DNA from: Malacoraja senta
Lineage: Eukaryota
Assembly: GCA_038087875.1 (NCBI GenBank)
Contig: JAXLNO010004883.1
Location: 1 to 64,000, forward strand
Length of the DNA: 64,000 bases
Direction: 5' to 3'
The position numbers were made by a program, and so were the translations under genes. Positions 25,100-36,522 of this stretch are shown here, piece by piece. Positions within the stretch are counted from its first letter, which is position 1; every line of letters begins with the position of its first letter. Below the pieces are notes generated by a model, which was not told where the DNA came from, searched no databases, and was given only the letters and a program-made list of their open reading frames with translations.

Positions 25100-25300
25100 G
25101 ACACAAAATGCTGGAGTAACGCAGCGGAATAGGCAGCATTTCTGGCGAACATGGATTCATCACCTATTCCTTTTCTCCAGAGATGCTGGCTGACCAGCTG
25201 AGTTATTCCAGTAATTTGTGTCCATCTTCGCTGTAAACCAGCATTTGCAGTTTCTTCTTACACATTGACAGGTGACGTTTCGTTTTGGGACCCTTCTTCA
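25100..25300. mobile_element. Inverted pair of the same short element plus a minus-strand hammerhead-like core
   Basis: Arms gacacaaaatgctggagtaac... / ...agttattccagtaatttgtgtc (25100-25222). The minus strand reads TTGAAGAAGGGTCCCAAAACGAAACGTCACC at about 25270-25300. Confidence 0.6.
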
Positions 25301-26934
25301 AACTTTGTTTGAGAAATTGATTAGAATTCTTTGAAAATGCAACAGGAACCCGTAGACAATGTATATTCGAGCAGCAGGTGTGCACAGTCTAAAATTCAAA
25401 AACAAAATGATGGAAAAGCAGAATAGGTAACACAATTGGAATGAGAAACAAAAGAAATACAATATATTGTAGAGATCCAAACGTCGTGAACAAATCAATG
25501 TTTTTTTAAAGAAATACAGTTTTGGCACACTCGCGTTTAGTAAGGACTTGAGCAAAGTTCCTGCCGTTGAAATCGGGCACACCAGTTGACTGGCGACTGA
25601 TTCATCACCAACTCCCACCAAAACCCTGTCATGTGATAGTCCCAGCTCCCCTGACGAGGGTTCTAGCAATAAGTGGCCTGACCACCAGATGTCGCACAAT
25701 ATCTGGATTTTCATAAGATATCAATCAAGTGATGCAAAGGCTTATGACATTGGGGGTAATAATTAGCATGAATGGAAAAAACAATTTAGAGCAAGCAGAG
25801 AGTTGTCTTAAAGGAGTGTTCAGGTTGGGAAACTGCAACTGCAGGTTGGGAATCAATGCAAGAAAGTGAACTACTTATGGTTGGTATTAAGAGCAGATGA
25901 AGGGACTGATGGCGCTGTAGCCTAGATTGCTGATGATACATAGATAGGTTGGAAATTAAGTTCTGGAGTATGTCAACAGTCTTCAGAGTGAAACATCAGA
26001 TTCCTTAGTTGTGCATTGTTCGAGGGAATCTTCAAAAGTGAGCATTTGTGTAGGTTAGTGCAGCATACTTGGAATCAAACTACTACGATCGCTGTTTGTC
26101 AGGCAGTTATATTTGTTGTTGCAGAAACTGTAACTTGCGTCATGGAACTTACTTCATTAGGTTTAGTTTTATTAATGCCAGATGTTTCAAAATACAGAGC
26201 AATGGTTTGTTTTGTATGCTATCCAAACAAATTATAAAACTATACATAAATACAAACTCAAAAACAATAGATAGAGCAAAGAGGAGGACACAGAGTACAG
26301 AATATAGTTCTCAGCATTGTAACGCATCAGTTCCATAGACAATGTTCAATGTGCAATGAGGTTGAGGTGAATCGGGCATTAAACCTACATTATGGAAGGA
26401 CCCTTCCGAAGCCTGTTAACAGGTGGAAAGGTGGTGTTCCTGAGTCTGGCAGTGGATACTTTCAACTTTCTGTACCTATTGCCTGATGGGAGCAGGAAGG
26501 AGGAATGACCGGGATGGGATAAGTCTCGTTTTCCAAGGCAACCTGGTGTAGTCTGAATCAATAGTGGGAAGTCTGGCCTGTGTGATGATCTTTAACTCTT
26601 TGTATATTCTTGCAGTCTTGGGCAGTGCAGTTCCCAAATCAAGATGTGATGCAACCCAACAACATGCTTTCTCTAGCAGCATCTATAGATGTTTGCTAGA
26701 GTCACCAGAGACATGATGAATATCCTCAGTCTCCTGAGGAAGTAGAGGTGTTGGTGTGCCCCCTTGGCTATGTGGTCAGTACATGACCGAATATTGGATA
26801 TATTCATGCCAAGGAACATGAAGCTCTCAATCATTTCCACTTCGGACCATTGATTCAGATTGGGGCATGTACTCCCCCAGTGCCTTGCTGTTAATCACAT
26901 CATGAGGAAAGATTCATTTTTTATTTAAACATAC

Positions 26935-26958
26935 CTTTCATGGATTTCAGTTCCACCA
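26935..26958 (-). CDS. Candidate 24-bp phase 1-1 connecting-peptide micro-exon (VVELKSMK)
   Basis: ttttcAG|TGGTGGAACTGAAATCCATGAAAG|GTATGT preserves the frame between the C1 and TM exons. The polypyrimidine tract is weak. Confidence 0.3.
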
Positions 26959-27197
26959 CTGAAAATCTCAAATACTCCTTCCTTGTATATTAGTTATTTA
27001 TTTACTTTTGATAAATTTTCTGTTGACAAAGTCTTCTGCTCATGTGGAGAGTGGGTGCTGATTACGTGATTGCTTAGAGCAACACCACTAAACAAAGAAA
27101 GTTTAAGCATCTTGGAATATGGGATGTAGTCACAATGATTAAAATGGAAACAACAGAAGATAATGATTATCTATGAAAGAATATTTAATGTTCTTAC

Positions 27198-27464
27198 CCC
27201 AGATGATGGTCTTCCCACCGGGCAGGCTGCTGTGATGGACATGACAGGAATACTGTTTCCCATCATACGGATCATACTCAAGGACAGACTTTAGATGATA
27301 TGTTCCATCGTTGTTGGGTATGACCCCAGAAGATTTGGTCTCAGAGACATGTTGACCATTCTGCAACCAGCTGACATTGATGGCCGGTGGGTAAAATCCA
27401 AACACAGTGCAGTACAGGACTGAATGATCATCAGGGCGGGCAGCGAGAGATACCTCAGGGGAAA
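27198..27464 (-). CDS. Ig C1-set exon resembling MHC class I alpha3 (possibly pseudogenised)
   Basis: VSPEVSLAARPDDHSVLYCTVFGFYPPAINVSWLQNGQHVSETKSSGVIPNNDGTYHLKSVLEYDPYDGKQYSCHVHHSSLPGGKTIIW contains both Cys, FYP, W, PNxDGTY and YxCxVxHxSL. It is 267 bp, phase 1-1, with donor G|GTAAGA. The expected acceptor reads ttgtAA, not AG. Confidence 0.88.
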
Positions 27465-28485
27465 TTACAAGAGAGTAAGATGGTTATTTTCACCTTCAGT
27501 AAAACGTGCAGTCACCCACCACAAAATATTCGTCAGTCTACTACAACAACCAAGTTACTGTCTACATCTACCCCGCTTTGCCTCTTTCATCCCATCAACC
27601 AACCACGTGGTTTAAAAGGGATCGTACGCTCCCTGTTAAGACAGTACACAACAAAGTTTGAAAGTACGTACCATTAAATTCAGGAACAGTTTCTTCCCCA
27701 CTGTTATTGGACTACTGAATGGTTCTCATGTAAGATAAGATGTTGTCCTGATCTTCCAACCAATCTCATTGTGAACCTTGCAACTCTTTTTGATCTGCTC
27801 TTTCTCTGTAACTGTAATGCTATGATATTGTAACCCGATATTCTGCACTCTGAGTAGTTTTCTCTTTGCACTGTTCTACTTGTAGATAGCTTGATTGCAC
27901 ATGTGTAGTATGATCTGATTGGATAACACGCAGACAAACTTTTGACTATATCTCATTTCACGTGACAATAATACACTAATACCAACGGCAAATCTTTTCA
28001 CTATGGCACATTATTGACAATAATAAATAATTGACAAGTTACAAAATGAGGGCCAATTGGGGAGGGGCAAGCTTAAAATTGGCAGTATTTTCACTCCTCT
28101 TCAATAAGAGATAAAAGAGACCAGTCATTTGTTTACAAAATCTCTTTTTGCAGAGTGTGGTCATTCTCTGGCTCCAGAGATTTGTGAAGACAAAATCATT
28201 GGAAGTATTTAATGTGGCGGTAGTTAAACTTTTGAAAGATTGGAGAATTGAGTGCAATGAGGAACTGGCACCGAACAGGAGTTGATGCCTGAGGAACGTC
28301 AGCCATGGTCATATTGAATGGTGGGCAGGTTAGAGGACCAAATGGCTTACTTGGAAACTTGATAACCGAGGAGAAAATCAGACTTCTGAATGATCGTTCC
28401 ATAAGCTAGGGTACTGTCCAATTCACCACGACCCCATTACAGACAGTGGACTTTGTTTATAGAACTATGCAGGAAGGAACTGTAG

Positions 28486-28571
28486 ATGCTGGTTTAAACC
28501 GCAGATAGACACAAAATGGTAGAGTAACTCAACGGGTCAGGCAGCATCTCTGGAGAGAAGGAATGTGTCAC
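28486..28571 (-). mobile_element. Short Penelope-derived element, left part (right part at 47140-47165), split by the Gypsy insertion
   Basis: gacacaaaatggtagagtaactcaacgggtcaggcagcatctctggagagaaggaatgtgtcac rejoins gtttcgtgtcgaaaccctt after the 3' LTR. Confidence 0.75.
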
Positions 28572-29103
28572 TGTGACACGCTCCCCCTCCTGGTCAATGT
28601 TGTGTGTTAACCTGTTTCTTCCCCAAGTGCAGGCTGGAAGGATCCTGTACCTGATTGGACAGGCTGCGTCAGGTGACGGCTGGCTCATTCCCAGTATAAA
28701 TGGAAGTTTTCCCAGAGTTCTTTCTCTTTCGGTGACGACCCGGCCTCGTAAGGTTGTGCTGGTGTGAGCTGTGAAAGGACCGGCCACATGGCATAGAACT
28801 TGTTGTAATTCCATCATTTTGTAGTACCAAATATTGGATTGGGCTGTCCTTAGACGTTATCGGTATATTGTTTAAGGGATAGCTTTCATTTAGGCAGGTT
28901 TAGAGCCTCGGGTTCGACGGTCCATCGCGTGACTGGCCTGAGCACCTTTAAGTTGTTTATTAATCCATTCATCCTGGTCTGGGTTGTTTGAAGCAGGTTT
29001 GGGTTTTGGGGTGTTATCAATAATTAAACTATTTTGAACGTAAACCTGGCTTTTGGACTTACGTTACGCGACTCTGAAATGCCTGCTTTCGGGAGTCGTA
29101 ACA
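28572..29103 (+). repeat. 5' LTR
   Basis: TGTGAC...TAACA, about 97% identical by eye to 46607-47139. Contains TATAAA. Confidence 0.95.
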
Positions 29104-29106
29104 AAA

Positions 29107-29119
29107 TGGGGGCTCGTCC
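29107..29119 (+). promoter_or_regulatory. Primer-binding site, tRNA-Pro
   Basis: TGGGGGCTCGTCC, complementary to the tRNA-Pro 3' end, 3 nt after the 5' LTR. Confidence 0.9.
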
Positions 29120-29381
29120 GAAGTTTTAAGAACTCTAGACGTTTGTGGGGGGGTGGCTTCTGGACTGAGGAAGTCTCTGTGTGTAGTAAGGGAAATTTTG
29201 TCCCTGTTTCAGGTAGCATTGGTGCCCAGGGTTTAGCTGGTGCCTTTGGCTACATTTGAATTGAGACTTCTGGACTGAGGAAGTCTCTGTGTGTTGTGAG
29301 GGAGGTTTTCTTCCCTATTTGTGGTAGCATTGGTGCCCAGGGTTTAGCTGGTGCTTTGGATAAATTTGATATGGAGTCTAG

Positions 29382-31097
29382 ATGGAAGGATATATTGAAG
29401 CTCCTAGTCGGGAGTTGCTTGAACGAGGTACGAAAGAGCATTTGATGTGGGCTGCATTGGTGGACCGTGGGGTTTTGCCTGGCTGTGCAGAGAGTCCCAC
29501 ACCTTCCGGTCAGCCTGGTCAGAACATGGAGGCCATAATTGAATTAAAAAAGGAGATGGAGCTTGAGTCACAGAGAATGGCCTTACAAAATGATGAACTC
29601 ATGCATGTTCTTGAAATGAAACGGCTTGAGTTTGAGGTGAAAACCAAAAGGGCAGAGATTAGGCTGCGTGAGTTGGAATTGGAATCCTCCCGGGTTCCTT
29701 CTAGGGTTTACGGAAATTTGAGGACTGGCGAAGGTCCTGTGTGCTACTATTGTAGAGGGAGAGGGCACATGTTTAAGGAGTGTCCCGTTTGGAAGCAGAT
29801 AAAGGAAAAGACTGTGGCTTTGGTGGGTACACAGGAGGCACCTGTGGTACCTAAGGTGCCTGAGTCTGATAAGTGTAGGGATGATTCTGCGTTAGTCATG
29901 AATGATTTTGTTTCTCTGAATGATGGGGGCGATAGAGTTCCAGTATCCATCTTGCGTGATACGGGTGCTGCTCAGTCCTTTAAAGTGGATAGTGTACTGC
30001 CGTTTTCTGCGGAATCATCGGTTGGGTCAAGTGTCCCTGTGGTAGGATTCGGGATGAATGGCATGGTAGTACCTTTGCATACCGTGAGTCTCGAGCCCGA
30101 GTTGGTTCCAGGCCGGGTAACTGTTGGGTTACGGCCGTTTTTTCCCGTTGAGGGAGTTTCAGTAATTTGGGGGAATGACTTGGCAGGAGATGGAGTTTTG
30201 GTTACTCCTGAGGTAACGGCTGTTCCGATGGTGCAGAGTCCTGATGGGTTGGCTATGCAGCATCCGACGGTCTTAGCAGCTTGTGCTGTCACGAGAGCTA
30301 TGGCTGAGAGCCAGGCGAAGTTTGAGGATGTAGTGGACCTGAGTGAGAGTTTTTTTGGGGATCTGGATGAGGGATCCTGTATTGTGAAGGGTGTTGCTAC
30401 ATCTCTAGATGAGATAGTGTATGGAAATGGGCCGGTGTCGCTGTCAAGTGACCGGCTGGTTGAGGAGCAAAAGAGTGATCCAAGTTTATCTGAGCTGTTC
30501 GACCGCGCGGTGCCTGAAGGGGATATGGATTCCACAGCAAAGGGGTATTTTCTAAGGGAGGGCTTGCTGATGCGAAAGTGGTCTCCCTTGGATGTATCTG
30601 GGCATGATGATTGGAGCGTGGTTGATCAGATTGTAATACCTCGTCGGTATAGGGACGAGATACTCTGTTTGGCTCATGATGGTCCTCTGGGTGGACATTT
30701 GGGAGTCAATAAGACGAATGACCGTATCTTACGGAATTTTTCTGGGCCGGGTTGAAGAAGGACGTGAAACAGCATTGCAGGTGTTGTCACATTTGCCAGG
30801 TGGCAGGAAAGCCGAACCAATCGATTGTTCCTGCGCCTTTGTATCCAATCCCTGTGGTCGGTGAGCCGTTTGAGCGGATTCTAGTTGATTGTGTGGGTCC
30901 TCTACCTCGGACAAAGGGGGGGAACAAGTTTTTATTGACAATTATGTGGGCGTCTACCCGCTTTCCGGAGGTGATCCCTTTGCGTAGAATTACTGCCCCT
31001 ACCATTGTGAAGTCTCTCACTTAGTTTTTTTCGTTGTTCGGTTTACCCAAGGTGGTGCAGAGTGACCAGGGTTCCAGCTTCAAGTCGAAGGTTTTTG
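29382..31097 (+). pseudogene. Gypsy gag (coiled-coil, CCHC knuckle), protease and integrase N-terminal half
   Basis: CYYCRGRGHMFKEC; ILRDTGAAQSF; HDGPLGGHLG...CRCCHIC (H2C2); ILVDCVGPLP; VQSDQG. There is a frameshift near 30755 and a stop at about 31022. Confidence 0.92.
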
Positions 31098-34000
31098 TGA
31101 TATAAATTTTTATTAGAAGCAAACAAATTATAATGTAGAGTAACATATTATAATAGGAGAAGAAAAAACGTTTCATATACATCAATCACTCATACATTAT
31201 TAAATTTGTCAATTGTCAGTTAATTCTACTTCTAGTGTTTTTTTTTTATATAGATAGAAAAAGAAAAATAGAGAGAAAGAAGAACTACAATATCAAAAAA
31301 GAAAAAGAGGTGGAATGAATTACTTATAATACGTCATAGGAGATAAGTTCGTAGGTTATGAAATATAATTACATCTAATCCTGAGTTCAAGCTTCAGTCG
31401 GGCTTTCGCGCTGGGCCACTCTATCCCTTCAAATAGGCAATGAATGGAGCCCATATTTTAACAAAAAGTTCTTGCTTGTCCATTAAGACAAGTCTAATTC
31501 TTTCTAGATGTAGGGTCTCCGACATTTCCACAATCCACATTTTAATTGTGGGGGTTGTAGGGCCTTTCCAGAATTTTAATATTAATTTTTTCCCAGTTAT
31601 TATACTGTAGTCAAGGAAGTTTCTTTGGCTTGTTGTGAGTGTTAAACTTTGTTCTGATATCCCAAGTATTATTAATTTTGAGTCTGGAGCCAATTTGGTA
31701 TTAACAACTTCAGAAATTATTTGAAAAATATCAGTCCAGTAATTTTTAATTTTTATACAATTTGCAAAGGTATGTGTTAAATTGGCCTCTAGATGCAGGC
31801 ATTTATCACATATAGGAGAGATATGTGGGAAAATTCTATTTCGTTTTATTTTGGAGTAATGTAATCTGTGTAAGACTTTAAATTGTATTAAACCATGTCT
31901 GGCATTTAACGAACATTGATGTATATGTTGTAAACTTTCGTCCCAAATATCTTTCGTAATAGGATAACCTAACTCATTTTCCCATTTATGTCTATATAGT
32001 TCCATCGGTGGTACCTCGTTATTTATGAGAATGTTATAAATATAAGCTATTAATTTTTCAGTGTTAGGATGCTTTTTCAAACATTCATCAAGAATTTCTG
32101 GTTCCCTAGTCCTATAAACTTGTGTATTGGATTTAACATAATATCTAATTTGTAAATATCTGAAAAAGTTATTTGCGTGTAGTCCATGATTCTGTTGTAA
32201 CGCTTGAAATGACAGAAAGATGCCTTCCCTATAAAGATGTCCAATCCTATTATTTCCATAATGTTTCCATTGTATAAAACCTCTATCCAATATGGATGGC
32301 TTGAATAGAGGATTATTTACAATGGGAAGACATAGTGGTATATTATTCAGTTTTAAAGCCTTTTTTAATTGTTTCCAAATTCGTATTCCACTATGTATTA
32401 TAGGGTTTTCCTTATAGGTTTTTTAATGCAATTTTGTGGTAGCAAATATAATCGAACCTATTTCAAAAGGTAAACAGTCTTCCTTTTCCATCCTTAACCA
32501 TTCTGGTTGTTGGTCCATTTCTTCCAGCCAGAAATTCATGTTTTTAATATGGACTGCCCAAAAATAAAATAAGAAATTTGGCAAAGCCAAACCTCCGTTG
32601 CTCTTAGATTTACATAAATGTTTTTTACTTATTCTATGATTCTTATAATCCCAAATAAAGCTTGTAACAATAGAGTCGACTTTTTTGAAAACGTTTTTTG
32701 GAATATATATCGGAATTAATTGAAATAAATATAGTAGTTGCGGTAAGAAAATCATTTTTATAGCATTATTCTACCAAGCATTGAAATAGGAAGTGTTTTC
32801 CAGTACTGAATATGTTTGTGTAATTTATTGAGTAAGGATGGAAAATTTTGTTTAAATAAAGAGGTATATGTCTTAGTTACATAGATTCCTAAATATTTAA
32901 GTTTATCTTTAACTATTTTAAAAGGGGATTGTTGTATTGTATTTAAGTTGAATTTTGTTATTGGCATGATTTCACTTTTATTCCAATTAATCCTATATCC
33001 TGAGAACTGAACAAATTGTGTTATTAGATTTAATAGATTTGGAATACTAGTTTCTAACTTTGTAATATATATTAATACATCATCTGCATATAAGGAAATG
33101 TTATTCCTTGTGTCTCTAGTGTTGTATCCATGTATTCCTGGATGGTTTCTAACGCTTTCTGCTAATGGTTCAATTGCAAGAGCAAATAATAGTGGGGATA
33201 GTGAACATCCTTGTCTACAACCTCTGGAAAGATTTTACTTCGGAGTCACGTGAGTGACTACATGAAGAAGACCCCGTCCAGCCGCACACGCGTCATTATC
33301 GATCAGACGCATAGCGTTCATGACCGTGTGTGGAGGAGCAGGAGCTCCTCCAGGCGGTGAGTAAAGCAAATTTAAAGTAAAAATCGGTCAAGGTAAGTGG
33401 TTTCGTTTTTTACTTACAGGGCGCTTTTCTTCCCGCTCAGACGTGTTGGCAGAGGTCCACACAAACTCAGAATGGAGAAAGGCCGTAAGGGAAGGAGAGG
33501 CCAGGGACGCACCGCAGGTAAAACCCCCGATGCTAAGGGTAGCGGGCGTCAGAAAGAGGAGGCAGTGGCATCGAAGCCATCAACTCCCGTTACGGTCGAA
33601 TGTGCCGTTAAACCGCTGGCGGCGGGGCGCAAGGCAGGACAAAAGTCGGCCCGACCTGTAGACTCGGATGAGTCAGACCCGGAGGTATACCCTCCTGCAG
33701 CAAAAAACGTTATGGCTGCAAGGGTCGCCAGTTTAGACCTCCTGAGGGGGGAAATAATTTACAAAGAACCCCCACAGGAGGAATCAGGTAGGTGTTGGCC
33801 AATGGAGGATACAGCACAGGGTGTGCCTTGGTTGGGACAGGCACAAGGGTGGCCTACAGGAGAGCCATCAGAAATAACTGTGCAAAGTTATCACAGTGGT
33901 TGGCCTACAGGAGAGCCAGTGCCAGAAATGCCTGAACAAAAGGCAATATATGTGCTGGCCTACTGAAGAGCCAGTACCAGAAATGTCCCCAAAAAAGACA

Positions 34001-35126
34001 GTACAGACGTACTTATGTGCCAGCACTGAAAGTTCCTAAAGGGAAAATTATGAAGCGTTGGCCTAGAGTTGAGCCAGCGCCAGCAGCACCTGAAACAGGG
34101 CTGCCTATCCGTGGGCCTATAAGAGAGCCCGCGCAGGGGGAATCTGGCATAGACTTACCTGAAACAGGGGAGCCAGAATTTACCCAACCTGAAGAGGAAC
34201 ATCTAGATTCAGAAGTTGAATTCTATGAGGATGAGAGCCCATTATCAGACATGAAAGTTCCTGGACTAGCACAAAAGTTTGCTGTTCCTAGAATAAAGGG
34301 GGAACCTTTGAGGGAGGAATAGCAATAACTATAAACTATCTACTCCCCCATCAGCTCCAGGAATTAACTATGGATGAGACTATGAAACAGTACGAGGCCC
34401 CAGCAAATTGTGAATTGCTGACAGTTCCAGCAGCAAATAACTTGATTTGGGGTTATTTGAGCATTGGTTTACGCTCAAAAGAATTGAAATTGCAACGTGT
34501 CTTGAAATTGCTGGGGTCAGGCATCACGGCATTTGCCAGAGGTTTGGATGATGATTATCTATCAGATTCACAACAAGATGCTCTAGCACTGATGTGTGGT
34601 GCACATTTTGAAATAAATTATATTCGTAAAAATGCAATAAGACCAAATATTCATCCTAATATGCAGGGCTCTGCAAACCAACCAACATACAAATGCCTAA
34701 GCTGCTGTTTGCAGAAAATCTAGCAAAGAAGCTAAAAGGACTTAAATGAAGAGTCAAGAACCTTGAGTGGCATGATGATGAAACCACCGATGATGAGCAG
34801 AGTGGTGCGAAGGCAGTATCCCTGCAGGCGGAATACTGGTGCTGGAGAAGGAACAAGCCGATCATTCTCGTATACACGTTGGCGTGCTGCACCGGGGATA
34901 CGTGGAGGTTACAATGTGCCTACCAGAAGCGGACAATTGCCGGTGGCAAACCCCGAGGTAGGGGGTCCTGGTCTGGTAAGGAATACAATAAATGTTTCAC
35001 ATTCACAAGTAGGGGGAAGGTTAAGATTCTTCCTAAAACATTTTTTTTAAAAAAAGACAGTTAATAACAAATGATTAATTAATTCTAAATAGCATTGTAG
35101 GATTCAAAATTGAGTTCCATCCACAT

Positions 35127-36008
35127 TTGGATCCTCCACTGCAAGAAAATTCAAACTGGTCACTAATTTTCTCAAAAGACGAGAATAAGTTGATCAAAGG
35201 AAAATTAGAAACTTTAACCAAAAAGGGGGTAATAGAGAAGTCAGTAGAACAACACCATCAGTTTGTATCAAATATTCTTCCAAGAACAAAAAAGGATGGT
35301 GGATGTAGAATCATATTGGATCTGACAAATCTTAACCTTTATGTACAATACAAACATTTCAAAATGGAAACATTTACTAATGCAATTCATCTAATCACAG
35401 GAAATTGCTACATGGCAAGCATAGATCTGCAAGATGCATATTATTCCGTGGCAATGCATGGTAATGATCAAAGATATTTGAAATTTAGATGGATGAGTCA
35501 GTTATGGCAACTTAAAGCATTGCCCAAGGGTTTGACTTCAGCACCAAGATTATTCACTAAATTGCTCAAACCAATTTTAGCTCTGTTAAGAGCTGAGGGC
35601 CATGTATTAATGGCTTATTTAGAGGATATCCTCATTGTAGGGGACACTTTGGCCGCTGCAAAATTGTCAGTATCCAGAGTCAAATACATTTTTGAGAAAT
35701 TAGGTTTCATTATTCACCTACAAAAATCTAAATTGTTACCAAGCAAAAAGATCGATTACCTAGGGTTCACAATTAACTCCGAACACATGGTAATCACTTT
35801 GCCAAAAGATAAAAGCTGCAGTTAATTGAAGGTTGCAAAAAACTCATTAACAAGGACACACCTTCAATTAGAGAAGTGGCAAGCTTGCTAGGCAAATTAA
35901 TTGCAGGGCTTTTAGGGGTCACGTTTGGACCATTGCATTATCAATGTTTACAGAGAGCTAAGGTACAAGCGATAAGAATGAATAGAGGGCATTTTGACAG
36001 GCCCATGA
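35127..36008 (+). pseudogene. DIRS A reverse transcriptase and start of RNase H
   Basis: KKDGGCRIILDL, HFKMET, SIDLQDAYYSV, LPKGLTSAPRLFTK, AYLEDILIVG; frameshift near 35820. Confidence 0.9.
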
Positions 36009-36240
36009 AATAGTAAGATTAAACGAGAACTTACCTAAGTTTGAAGTTTGATCTTTATTTTATGAGGAGTTACGTAGGTGATTACGTGAAGAACCCCGCC
36101 AGTGCGCCTGCGCGTCAATCTTCAAAGCAGCGGTGTGAAATCACAAAAAACAACAACCGAAGTAATATAGTCTCATACTAAAACGAGTAAGACAAGAACT
36201 TCCATCTGACCTTTATGATAGAGGGTAGGGTCGTGGTGGG

Positions 36241-36353
36241 CACGTAATCACCTACGTAACTCCTCATAAAATAAAGATCAAACTTCAAACTTAGGTAAGT
36301 TCTCGTTTAATCGTACTATTTTACTTCGGAGTCACGTGAGTGACTACGTGAAG
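36241..36353 (-). other. Internal complementary region (ICR) of DIRS B
   Basis: Reproduces the right end joined to the left end across ATT (36318-36320). Confidence 0.9.
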
Positions 36354-36522
36354 ATTTTAAAGCTTTGTGATTTCATGCCGTGGATCAATCCCGGCTTCTC
36401 ACTGCATAGATTGACTCGGAACGAGAATAATCAATCATGCATTCATAATAACATTTGTACCACAAATGCAGTAATTCATTTCAAGAATGAAATGGATCAG
36501 ATCCCCTTTAAACCAGAGGAAT

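Noticed and set aside
26140-26200. Minus-strand GTAAGT donor near 26150 as an extra exon of the class I-like gene
   Set aside because: No upstream AG acceptor, and no open phase-1 frame.
27198-27464. Assignment as MHC class II, W-category, beta2-microglobulin or an antigen-receptor constant exon
   Set aside because: The linked TM lacks the glycine pattern of class II and W-category chains, beta2m has no TM, and the ETKSSGVIPNNDGTY segment fits class I alpha3 best. A tree is needed to exclude these formally.
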